The notes under the pieces: generated by a model | What the model was told of the DNA's origin: nothing | Database searches by the model: none | Seen by the model: only the letters and a program-made list of their open reading frames with translations | Part shown: positions 37,801 to 46,337 of the stretch, piece by piece | Layout: the number at the start of each line of letters is the position of its first letter | Numbering within the stretch: position 1 is the first letter of the stretch | Made by a program: the position numbers and the translations under genes | Source: an uncultured Spirochaetales bacterium | GTDB taxonomy: Bacteria > Spirochaetota > Spirochaetia > Sphaerochaetales > Sphaerochaetaceae | Assembly: GCA_902773355.1 (NCBI GenBank) | Contig: CACYEI010000030.1 | Location: 30,822 to 94,821, forward strand | Direction: 5' to 3' | Length of the DNA stretch: 64,000 nucleotides

Positions 37801-38015
37801 TGAACAAGCAGATCCCTGATTCTTTTTTTCATTTCTGCTGTTGCTTTCTTTGTAAATGTTATAGTTAGAATTTCATCTGAATGAGCAAGTTTTTCTTCTA
37901 CCAGACGCACGTATCTATAAGATAAAACTGTAGTTTTTCCACTTCCTGCTCCAGCAGAAACTAATGCATTTTTATTTGTATTTATGGCTTTTAATTGGCT
38001 TTCTGTAAATATCAT
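34872..38015 (-). CDS. addA: AddA/RexA-type helicase-nuclease (UvrD family helicase with C-terminal PD-(D/E)XK nuclease)
   Basis: GAGSGKTT Walker A, TDEFQD (DEXQ box), VHKSKGLEF, YVAVTRA, and a C-terminal GIIDFI...IVDFKT nuclease motif. Confidence 0.85.
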   Translation of the reverse strand: MIFTESQLKAINTNKNALVSAGAGSGKTTVLSYRYVRLVEEKLAHSDEILTITFTKKATAEMKKRIRDLLVQDIKDNKCPNEELTRFLNASISTVDSFCSTIVRNKCIDYGFSPSFSIVDNDDFRKNLNEITLSLLKTELNKDIYKDFAEKIFSICSVSDVINFFISLADSNNAMFNIVSEMDPDISTNIYIKKIGELLSLKKRDTVKDLQEYIDSGLEKGENLYLYNKLLDLLSSEGYDFSELCSLYDQICNKTSTRISSKEVNADYIKALRDKIKRKSILHIISLESVLNEKEFIYCFYSLISLYEKEVNKYKRNNNILTFSDIIKLAIDILLKDLKIRNYYKNKFKYVMTDEFQDNNDDFKKLFYLLCENNASTDLTEGKLFMVGDEKQSIYRFRGADVSVFKEVKKTISESGGEFIELEENFRSEQFLVQEFNRWFKIIMGENNEKNYESDFSPLKYKHESTVEPKIIYHHMEEETEDNNSDESEDADNIESEAFSLAEFISEKILKTDEFLIPSKDGMLVRPTYSDICILLTKTTNQGKIEKALKLQGIPYHSDELKSVYKEALVSDFYSIISSTIYPDKLTEMAVKNSPLGSFYNSEILKNYCMEKTITEVLSYIYLDMGYRNFIISNPDNQVYEEHFKWLFALGCDFEKRRKCLSEFIDYLRSLILSDSLNKTAEKRELKILQDSENAVSIMTVHKSKGLEFPIVIIAQMQVSKKNDTSNLRAVMEDGFLYLPCMEICEKESDKKLVPPQVILKDIEIEHENAETKRLFYVAVTRACYHLILSDSSKSDSSKNKDKEKDTGLITFKTLFDKCRKTDVDKHLIQEITYKKIKKENTRSTGRIKKEDLEANKIWYDKTIEFNPNYQRNEISVTSLEEEFFSDDKKNIYFTELPIDNYLKANLLQQDFGTYVHNLISCTLKNTYMINNEKYDKSANILSDNFFNSSFYKGLKSCFIINSEVPYTMYDSKNDLYKEGIIDFIAENENEFIIVDFKTSLIKTDKVYIPQITEYVQAVHSLKPSKKISGYIFYLRDPENPVKVIQL

Positions 38016-38024
38016 TTGATTCTT

Positions 38025-38660
38025 TTATACACTCTTTGTTCTTTTGAATTTTTCATTTTTATTGTAATGAATAAATTTAAAATCACACATTTCATCCCCT
38101 TTTGATATTGTTTTTGTTCTAATAAAGTCAGTTCTTGGAAGCTCTCCATAAACTATAATATCATTATAACAGAATTTAGGACCAAATCTATCAAAACCAT
38201 ATTTTGAAAATATTGGTTTATATATACATTTTTTACACTCAAATCTAAATTCATTTTTAGGTAAGTCTTTATGCCATGTATATGCCCATCCAGTACCGCT
38301 TCCTACTCTGAATCCAAAAGGAACCAGTTTCTTAATTAATGGCCAAAACCATCCATATTTAGCCAACTTCTGAAATTTTTCTCTTTTCACTTGCATGTAA
38401 CTATACATGGTATCAAATATCAAATTTTCGGCTTCTGTTTCTGATTGACCTCTTTCAACCAAAAAGTCAAACAAAGCCATGCATGTAAAAATATTGGATA
38501 AATGCCTATAATTGCCCTTATCACAGAATTCTTCATTATCATTTATACAATAATTTATTTTTTTTTCAATTGTTTTTATGTCCTGTCCATTTATATTGCT
38601 AAGATATTTTACAAATCTGGACTTGAATAACATTTTACGTCCATCATATTTTTTATACAT
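38025..38660 (-). CDS. ATC-hydrolase-family-like protein (L-2-amino-thiazoline-4-carboxylate hydrolase family)
   Basis: 211 aa. The C-terminal FCYNDIIVYGELPRTDFIRTKTISKGDEMCDFKF resembles that family's signature. From memory only. Confidence 0.45.
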   Translation of the reverse strand: MYKKYDGRKMLFKSRFVKYLSNINGQDIKTIEKKINYCINDNEEFCDKGNYRHLSNIFTCMALFDFLVERGQSETEAENLIFDTMYSYMQVKREKFQKLAKYGWFWPLIKKLVPFGFRVGSGTGWAYTWHKDLPKNEFRFECKKCIYKPIFSKYGFDRFGPKFCYNDIIVYGELPRTDFIRTKTISKGDEMCDFKFIHYNKNEKFKRTKSV

Positions 38661-38702
38661 TTACAAATCTTCCACAGAAAAGTAACATATTTTTATTATT
38701 AT

Positions 38703-39053
38703 CTAATGATTATGCCCTTCATGAGAACAGGAATGCATGGCATTTGGATTTCCAACTAAGCTACCATCTTTAAATGCTCTAATTACATTTTTTACATCCC
38801 CAACTGCTCCTGGTATTAAGTTAAGACCTGATGATGTAACAGCTTTAGCTCCATGAGAACCAATTCCGCCACAAATTAGAGTACTTACTCCTAATGATTT
38901 TAGATATGGAACTAAATCATGATGGCCATAACCTCCATTATCTATTACTTTTTCTTCATTTGATTCAGTATCAAATATATAAAAATACTCAGTTCTCCCA
39001 AAATGTTGAAATACACTGTTTGTTTCTTTTTCATAAGTAATTGCAATCTTCAT
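38703..39053 (-). CDS. NifB/NifX-family (dinitrogenase FeMo-cofactor-binding fold) small protein
   Basis: 116 aa with FGRTEYFYIFD and LICGGIGSHGAKAV typical of the family, plus a His/Cys-rich tail. Confidence 0.7.
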   Translation of the reverse strand: MKIAITYEKETNSVFQHFGRTEYFYIFDTESNEEKVIDNGGYGHHDLVPYLKSLGVSTLICGGIGSHGAKAVTSSGLNLIPGAVGDVKNVIRAFKDGSLVGNPNAMHSCSHEGHNH

Positions 39054-39136
39054 TATTTTATAATCCTTATAATTTTTATTAATTTTCTAAATTATACCAT
39101 AAAAAAAAACTTTTTATGTACACTAAAATAATAATT

Positions 39137-39475
39137 TTATAGATTATAAAACTCACTTATAAAGGTACACCAGTCTGTTTCTTTATAAAAATCTATTAAA
39201 TTCTCTGTGTCAGTTTTGATATCAGTTTTATAAAGATCAATAAGATCATTTGTATATGGAAAATTTATAGATAATCCATAAGCTGATTCATAATCCATAG
39301 TTCTATATGATGAAATAATTATTTCTTTTAAAAGGTTAGATAAACTCATTAAAGTTTCATTATATAGCAGTGATTTATCAACCAATTCTACTAAATCACT
39401 GTACTCAATTTATACTGAATCTAATTTAGTTAAATTATTTCTTAATAATTCCAACTCTTCATAGTTCAAAGCCAT
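39137..39475 (-). pseudogene. Remnant ORF with in-frame TAA; the C-terminal part resembles the end of clostripain (C11)-family peptidases
   Basis: The ATG at 39475 gives MALNYEELELLRNNLTKLDSV, then a TAA (39412..39410), and the same frame continues into the 82-aa ORF. YGLSINFPY...ETDWCTFISEF resembles C11 peptidase C-termini, but no catalytic domain is present. Confidence 0.35.
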
Positions 39476-39549
39476 TAAACTATGACATAGAATATTAAAT
39501 TCATCATTTATTTTTAATAATCCAATATGCTATTTAAACCTGTCAAATT

Positions 39550-42114
39550 TTATTTAATTACAAAACGTTTTCTACAGATGGAGGAGTAATCACATTCTGA
39601 ACATGATTTTTCTGAAGGTGTGGCTTTAATCACCCCGCATTTTAAACCTTTAACATATTCTTCTATGGCATCATCTATTTCAGATATCATATTTGATAAG
39701 TCTTCAGTACTTTTCCAGCCTTTAGAAAAAGAAGCTTTTTTTATACTATAATATGACCCCATAGCTATGTTTGAATCAGGAAATATGGTTTTTAATGCCT
39801 TAGAATAAAATAAAAGCTGTAAATTATCATTTGGTACTATATTTGTTTTTATATCTAAAACTATTAAATTATTTGAATTATCTTCTTTTAATAGACAATC
39901 AATTCTACCTTTTAAATTATAATCATTAAAAGGTTGATCAAATGAAAATTCTGTTTCAGAACTGTAATCACTGAAAGCTAAACCTATTTTTTTTTGTAAC
40001 AGCTTTGGAAAAAGCTGCAACTTATTCTTATAAAAAAAATAAGCACCAGTATAATAAAGCTTTACTTCATCTGATTTATCTTTTAAAGAATTGAACATAC
40101 TTTTATAGAGAATTGAATTTAAATCAGTATTTTTATTTTTTAAATAAGATTCTAAAACGTTATGTAAAATATCACCTAAATCTCTTGTATCCAGAAAAAC
40201 AATATCATAAGATAGCCTTTCCACTTTTAATTCATGTTTGATATAAAACCTTAAAGGACATTTCAAGTAGTCGGATAATCTTGAATACGTAACTAAATTT
40301 TCATAATCAGCATAAAAGACCACATCTTTATTAATAGACTGAAATACTGTACTCATTGCTATGTAGAATCTTTCTTTTTGTACTGGAATAGCATAAGTAT
40401 TATTAAAACATAAATTTTTATTAAATAATGATTTCTCATATTTATATGGATCAGCATAACCTAATTCATCATTTATATATAAAAAACCATGAGGTAGTGT
40501 AACATCCGAATCATATGTTTTAATTGAAGCTGATAAAAACAAATTTTCTTTATGCCATAAGTAAGAATTGATAATATTTTGAGTAATCTCTTTTTTATTA
40601 TCTTCTAAAATCTTAGGATTAAAAGAAAAAGAAAAATCATTTAGAACAATAGATGCATCATCTTCATTTAAACCTACAATAAAATGATATTTAGACCATA
40701 TTCCGCAATCAGTAGGAAAATCATATACTTTAATTCCTTCTTTTACTGTGTTTTCTGTATATTTAGTTTGCTGTAAAACATTTAATAAAATAGCCAATAT
40801 TGGTATTTCACCAATAACATTGGTATCTTCAATATTAATCTTATCTAGAATTTCCATTATCATCTGATGAGCCCTAAGTTCAGAAGAATTAACTGCATTA
40901 TCAAAATAGTCCTTTATGAAAAATTCTTCTATAAACCCATATAATGATTGCTGAAATGTTTTTTTATCACTTGTAGTTGCTATAACAGAAATATAACTGA
41001 TTAGAAGTGAAATTCTTTCATATAATGATGTATAAAAAAACATCTTCAAATATTTTTTTTCAAGATATAATATTTTATTATCAAGCGCATATCTGATAAC
41101 TTCTGAAGTAAACTCTCTATCTTTAAATAAAAATGATGGCTCTGACAAAAATTTTCTCATCTTTGAAAATTCAAATGAAGAATTATAAAGATCATAAAAA
41201 ACAGTTAGCAATACACCTGTTTTATATTCAGACAATAGATAACCATGTATGTAGTTAAGTTTAATCCCATATAAAAGGGATTCATAATTCAGATAAGAAA
41301 AAGCTGATTTGGATAATAATGTAATACAAATATCATCAGCTTTTACTCCGTTTAATAATAATTCAAAAATCTTTCTTACCGTATTATTAAGTTCTAGATA
41401 AGTATTTTTATATACATGTAAAGGTAATTCTTCAATATCATTTTCAATAACTTCATAACCATATTTTAGAACATAAGATATTTCTGTACTAAGAAATGAA
41501 GATGGAAAAACAAATACATATTCATTAATATATTTTGAATAATCAGCTTTAATAAGATTTGGATCAATAAGATTTTTCTTTTTCAAATATTCTACCCAAT
41601 TGGTTCCAATTAAACTAATATCTTTTTTTAACTTATCATCTGATATGGTATCCATATCATTACAGTAAACTTTTATAATCTTATCAAAATTTTTAATTAA
41701 GTCATTCAGAAAAATATTCCTATTAAAAGAAAAAATTCCATTATTTTGTTCTGTATTCAATTCTAAATAATTTGGTTCTGCATATTTTGGAATAAAATAA
41801 TTCAGTTCCTTTTCTTTAAGTAAAATCATCAAAAAAACAACTTTATCTGATAATACAACTCTATTATTTACATCTGAAATATTTTTTACTTTATTAACAA
41901 AAGTATCAAATGAGATAAATTTATCATGGAAAACAGCCTTATACGGATTCAAAAAACTAACGTATTTTATAAAAGATTTAGCCGTAGCCTGACCTGGAAA
42001 TACTAAAGTTTTACCAGTATTGTAAAAAGAGATAATTTTTTTTGTAAGTTCATTTAATGCATCTTTATTTAACACATCTTCATTTAACATATCTTTTTCT
42101 ATACCTAAATTCAT
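39550..42114 (-). CDS. addB: AddB/RexB-type nuclease subunit (inactive helicase-like N-terminus, PD-(D/E)XK nuclease with Fe-S Cys cluster)
   Basis: 854 aa with no Walker A (FPGQATAKS). The C-terminal CPLRFY ... VLDIKT ... CSECDYSSICRK is the four-Cys AddB nuclease/Fe-S pattern. Confidence 0.8.
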   Translation of the reverse strand: MNLGIEKDMLNEDVLNKDALNELTKKIISFYNTGKTLVFPGQATAKSFIKYVSFLNPYKAVFHDKFISFDTFVNKVKNISDVNNRVVLSDKVVFLMILLKEKELNYFIPKYAEPNYLELNTEQNNGIFSFNRNIFLNDLIKNFDKIIKVYCNDMDTISDDKLKKDISLIGTNWVEYLKKKNLIDPNLIKADYSKYINEYVFVFPSSFLSTEISYVLKYGYEVIENDIEELPLHVYKNTYLELNNTVRKIFELLLNGVKADDICITLLSKSAFSYLNYESLLYGIKLNYIHGYLLSEYKTGVLLTVFYDLYNSSFEFSKMRKFLSEPSFLFKDREFTSEVIRYALDNKILYLEKKYLKMFFYTSLYERISLLISYISVIATTSDKKTFQQSLYGFIEEFFIKDYFDNAVNSSELRAHQMIMEILDKINIEDTNVIGEIPILAILLNVLQQTKYTENTVKEGIKVYDFPTDCGIWSKYHFIVGLNEDDASIVLNDFSFSFNPKILEDNKKEITQNIINSYLWHKENLFLSASIKTYDSDVTLPHGFLYINDELGYADPYKYEKSLFNKNLCFNNTYAIPVQKERFYIAMSTVFQSINKDVVFYADYENLVTYSRLSDYLKCPLRFYIKHELKVERLSYDIVFLDTRDLGDILHNVLESYLKNKNTDLNSILYKSMFNSLKDKSDEVKLYYTGAYFFYKNKLQLFPKLLQKKIGLAFSDYSSETEFSFDQPFNDYNLKGRIDCLLKEDNSNNLIVLDIKTNIVPNDNLQLLFYSKALKTIFPDSNIAMGSYYSIKKASFSKGWKSTEDLSNMISEIDDAIEEYVKGLKCGVIKATPSEKSCSECDYSSICRKRFVIK

Positions 42115-42170
42115 TAATACTCCATTTGATACAACTTATAATAAATTATATTATTACCACTAAGTATAAT

Positions 42171-42998
42171 ATGAATAAAAGAAGAATTATAAAACATTTA
42201 TTTGGACTTGTATTAGCATATATTTTATATCTATTACTTTCATATTTTATTTCTTTTACATTTAAAAAATCTCCTACATATGAAGAGAGACTAATATACA
42301 CTGCATTTAATTATCTGATACTGATTTCAAGTATTCTGATTACAACAAAATATTTTATTAATTTCCCAATAAAAAAACTATTTGGAAGCTTCTCTTTAGC
42401 TAAATTTACGTACACTTTTATTTATTATTTCTCTATTCTAACTGTTACAGAGTTTATCTGGATGCTTCTATATCCTAATAACTTCAAATACACATTTAAT
42501 AATGATTTTTTTATTATAAAATGGGCATGTACACTCATTACACTAAGTTTCTCTGCTATGGCAGAAGAACTAATATTCAGATCTGTTATAGGATACTTTA
42601 TATCAGATGAACTTGAAACTAGAACTAAAATACAACTTATATATTGTTTTTTTTCAGGACTCTTATTCTCCCTTGCTCATTTTTTAAATCCAGAAGTTAT
42701 AGGATTAAAAGCTATCTATGCCATGTCATTTTATTTTATTATGGGATTTTCCCTTATGTATATTTATCTAAAAACAGAATCTATTTATATTCCATTTGCT
42801 ATCCATTTGGCTAATAATTTAGTATCTGCGTTCCTGTTTTCATATCCTGATGCAGTTATTAATACAAATTCATTATATACACAATATAATGGAATAAATA
42901 TAATCTTACTGTTACAAACCATTTTTTGTATGGTATTAACAATACCTTTCATAAAAAAATGTTTATTTAACAATGAAAACAATACAGAAAACATATAA
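42171..42998 (+). CDS. CPBP family intramembrane glutamic endopeptidase (CAAX protease/Abi fold)
   Basis: Start set at the ATG at 42171 (MNKRRIIKH...). Motifs EELIFRS, FSLAHF and HLANN. Confidence 0.8.
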   Translation: MNKRRIIKHLFGLVLAYILYLLLSYFISFTFKKSPTYEERLIYTAFNYLILISSILITTKYFINFPIKKLFGSFSLAKFTYTFIYYFSILTVTEFIWMLLYPNNFKYTFNNDFFIIKWACTLITLSFSAMAEELIFRSVIGYFISDELETRTKIQLIYCFFSGLLFSLAHFLNPEVIGLKAIYAMSFYFIMGFSLMYIYLKTESIYIPFAIHLANNLVSAFLFSYPDAVINTNSLYTQYNGINIILLLQTIFCMVLTIPFIKKCLFNNENNTENI

Positions 42999-43010
42999 AA
43001 GGAACATATA

Positions 43011-43925
43011 ATGGAATTACAGAAAAACATACTTCTATTTTTAGCTTCACTCAGAACACCTTTTTTAAATCAACTTGTTGAGTTTATTACAATGTTGGGA
43101 GAAGAATTTATTCTTTTATCCATTTCACTTTTTATTTTTTGGTGCACCAGCAAGAAAAAAGGATTTACTATTTCATTTGTACTTATGACTAGTATTTTTA
43201 CCATGCAGATTATTAAATCAATCATAAGATTTCCCCGCCCATGGCAGGTTTATCCGGAAGAAATTAGAAGTTTAAGGAAAAGTACTGCCACAGGCTATTC
43301 CTTTCCAAGCGGACATACTACAATGGCAACTTCATTTTATGGCTGTTTATCTAAGGTATATAAAAAAAAGCTGTTGTCAATTCTTTGTGGCATTTTAATT
43401 GTTTTAATAGGACTATCTAGACTTTATCTAGGTGTTCACTGGCCACTTGATGTAGTAGGTGGATTATTGCTTGGTTTTATAATTACATTTACTCTCACGC
43501 AAGTTTTTGAACGTATATATGATAATAAAAAATTAATTTTAAAAATATTTCCAGTAATTGCATTATTATTAATTTTTGCTAGCTTATTTATATCAATTCT
43601 CTTAAACAATGCATTAATTAATTATGATGCTTTCAGTGATCTTTCTAAAAGTACTACTATGTTTGGAGCTCTACTTTTGGGTTTTTCATTAGAAGAAAGA
43701 TTATGTAAATTCAATACTGACGGCAGTATGATAAAAAAAATAATAAGATATATTTTAGGAATATTAGGAGCTTACATATTTTTAGTCTTATCAAAAAAAC
43801 TATTTATAAATAATCCCATAACATCATGGATTAGATATTGCTTAACGGGAATATGGATTACTTTTATCTGGCCTTTTATTGGAAGCAAACTAAAACTTTT
43901 TTCTACTGATTATTCTGGTAAATAA
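43011..43925 (+). CDS. PAP2-family membrane phosphatase
   Basis: KSIIRFPRP, PSGHT and SRLYLGVHWPLDV motifs, with extra C-terminal TM helices. Confidence 0.8.
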   Translation: MELQKNILLFLASLRTPFLNQLVEFITMLGEEFILLSISLFIFWCTSKKKGFTISFVLMTSIFTMQIIKSIIRFPRPWQVYPEEIRSLRKSTATGYSFPSGHTTMATSFYGCLSKVYKKKLLSILCGILIVLIGLSRLYLGVHWPLDVVGGLLLGFIITFTLTQVFERIYDNKKLILKIFPVIALLLIFASLFISILLNNALINYDAFSDLSKSTTMFGALLLGFSLEERLCKFNTDGSMIKKIIRYILGILGAYIFLVLSKKLFINNPITSWIRYCLTGIWITFIWPFIGSKLKLFSTDYSGK

Positions 43926-45009
43926 TTCCACCACAAAGCACAGAATCATCTTTATATAAAACTAAACTTTGACCTGGTGTACTACCAAATACACCGTCTT
44001 CAAAGAAGGCTTTTATTATAAAACTATTGTCTTTTTTATAAATCCTAGCATTACAGGCTTCCAGTGCTCCATTTGAACGTATCTTAGCTTGGCAGCTAAC
44101 AATAATTTCATTTTGACATTCTTCTTCTGATAAAGAAACAAAATTAACATCAGTTGCATAAACTTCATAAGATAAAACAAAATCTCTTTCTCCAACTGTT
44201 ACAGTATTACTATCAGAATTAATTGAAATAACATATAAAGGATTTGGCCAGGCAATACCTAAACCTTTTCTTTGACCTATGGTATAGTTCCAATAGCCCT
44301 CATGTTCACCCAGAACGGTCCCGTCTTTATATAATATTTTTCCCTTTTGCGGGCTGACATCAAGCAAATCAGAATACGGTCCACTATAAAAATCCTGACT
44401 TTCTTTCTGATTTTCATCATGAAAACCTAATTTAAAATCTATTTCTTTTACCTGTTTCTTAGTAATATCCCCTAATGGAAATAAAACGCTACTAAGCTGA
44501 TTCTGACTTAATCTGTAAAGAAAATAACTTTGATCCTTAGATAAATCTAAAGCTCTTAATAAATCATACCTGCTCCCATTCTTTTTTATTCTAGCATAGT
44601 GACCTGTAGCAAAAAAATCAAAATTTATACCTGATTTTTTTGCTTCTGTAATCAATGCTCCAAATTTAATCTTTTGATTACACCATACACATGGATTAGG
44701 AGTTCTTCCATTTAAATATTCATTTCTAAAATTTAAAAGAATATTTTTTTCATATTCTTCTGACACATCAAGTACTACATGTTTTATACCAAGAACTTTA
44801 CATATATTCTGTGCTTTATAAATATCACTGTCTTCATTTGGAGAAAAGCATGCATCTCCATGAATAAAGGAACTGAACTTTCTGTCAGCTTTCCATAATT
44901 TCATGGTTATACCTGTAACATTATAACCTTTTTCCTTTAAAAAATATGCAGATACGGAGGAATCTATCCCACCGCTCATACCTACTAATACATCTACCTT
45001 ATTGTCCAT
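43903..45009 (-). CDS. mnmA: tRNA-specific 2-thiouridylase MnmA
   Basis: Start set at the ATG at 45009 (MDNKVDVLVGMSGGIDSSV PP-loop). The ORF-track start at 45105 would overlap cinA. Confidence 0.88.
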   Translation of the reverse strand: MDNKVDVLVGMSGGIDSSVSAYFLKEKGYNVTGITMKLWKADRKFSSFIHGDACFSPNEDSDIYKAQNICKVLGIKHVVLDVSEEYEKNILLNFRNEYLNGRTPNPCVWCNQKIKFGALITEAKKSGINFDFFATGHYARIKKNGSRYDLLRALDLSKDQSYFLYRLSQNQLSSVLFPLGDITKKQVKEIDFKLGFHDENQKESQDFYSGPYSDLLDVSPQKGKILYKDGTVLGEHEGYWNYTIGQRKGLGIAWPNPLYVISINSDSNTVTVGERDFVLSYEVYATDVNFVSLSEEECQNEIIVSCQAKIRSNGALEACNARIYKKDNSFIIKAFFEDGVFGSTPGQSLVLYKDDSVLCGGIIYQNNQ

Positions 45010-45089
45010 TTTTTCTACTTCTACAAATTTGTTAATATATTTAACAACAATATTATATGCAACTTCACTATTATGCCATATGAATGAAC

Positions 45090-46331
45090 TTACACAAAAG
45101 TCCAAAGTTTGGTTATTTCAGATAAATTTAATTTTGGATAACATAAATACAGTCTGCAAAGTATTAAGGCACATACAGCGTAACGTCTTCTACATAAATC
45201 TCTGTCTTTTATACTGAATTTTATTTTTACAGTTTGAACTTCATTATTATTTGATTTAAAACCCAAACACAAAGTTGCTCTTTCATCAGCGTAGCCTGTA
45301 GTAGAAATTGATACAGAAGTGTTTGAAATAGTGTTTATTCCTAAAACCATAGCCTTAGCAGTTTCTTCACTTACTGGGCTGTATTTGTCTATAACCTCTT
45401 TAGGTACAGATAAAATCCTTATCTTAGCATTATTATGATAACTAGCTACCCCTCCCCAAAAATAATCAGAACTTCCACTTTTATCTGTTAAGAGCTTAGC
45501 AATAAGTCCAGATGTACAGCTTTCAGCACAACTTATAGTTAAATGATTTTTTTTCAAATAATCAGTAAGAAGTTCTGAAGCATTTACATTATCAGATTCA
45601 TAGATAAGATACGGACCAACCAAATTTCTCAGATTATCAATAAACTCATCTCTATTTTTCTTATCATCACCATAGACATAAAGATTAACTGAATATTGAG
45701 AAAATCTGGTTCCCCAGCTTACTCCATTAACACTAGCCATTTGACATAATTCTTCCAGTTTAGCCTCTGAAATTAAGAATACAGTATAAGAATCAGGCAA
45801 ATTCACGCTTGAGTCATATTTTTTTAGAAAAGGGACAACAAAAGATAAAAACATGTCCTGCATTTCTACTGGAGGTCCTGGAAGACAAACTAATGTAACA
45901 TTATTATTTTTATAATCAACAGTTTTTATAAAACCAACAGCTGTACCATTTGGATTTGGCAAAACCGTAAAACCACTTGGAATCATAGCCTGTACTTCAT
46001 TTGCTCCAAAAGCTCTGCTATCAAGTTTTTTTAATAATGTTAAAAATACTTCATCATTTTTTTCTAATGGTGATTCTGTAACCATGGCTACTGATTTCCT
46101 AGTAATATCATCTGATGTTGGTCCTAAACCACCTGTTGTAATTACTAAATCATAATTTTTTAAATCTAAGTCCAAAACAGAATTAATTGAATAATCATCA
46201 GGCACTATAGTTGATTTTTCCAATCCAAAACCTAATATCTTAAGTTGATTAGCCAAAAAAGAAACATGCCTATCTGTTATGTCTCCACGTAATATTTCTG
46301 ATCCTATAATAATACAACTTGCTGATTTCAT
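45090..46331 (-). CDS. cinA: CinA family protein (MoCF-like domain plus nicotinamide-nucleotide amidase domain)
   Basis: 413 aa with IIGSEILRG, TTGGLGPTSDD and a C-terminal SCAESCTSG motif. Confidence 0.85.
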   Translation of the reverse strand: MKSASCIIIGSEILRGDITDRHVSFLANQLKILGFGLEKSTIVPDDYSINSVLDLDLKNYDLVITTGGLGPTSDDITRKSVAMVTESPLEKNDEVFLTLLKKLDSRAFGANEVQAMIPSGFTVLPNPNGTAVGFIKTVDYKNNNVTLVCLPGPPVEMQDMFLSFVVPFLKKYDSSVNLPDSYTVFLISEAKLEELCQMASVNGVSWGTRFSQYSVNLYVYGDDKKNRDEFIDNLRNLVGPYLIYESDNVNASELLTDYLKKNHLTISCAESCTSGLIAKLLTDKSGSSDYFWGGVASYHNNAKIRILSVPKEVIDKYSPVSEETAKAMVLGINTISNTSVSISTTGYADERATLCLGFKSNNNEVQTVKIKFSIKDRDLCRRRYAVCALILCRLYLCYPKLNLSEITKLWTFV

Positions 46332-46337
46332 TATGTT

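Noticed and set aside
42057-42170. N-terminal 38-aa extension of the CPBP protease ORF
   Set aside because: The extension overlaps the addB start on the opposite strand and encodes a repetitive HLYL-type sequence. The ATG at 42171 gives a normal basic N-terminus followed by a TM helix.
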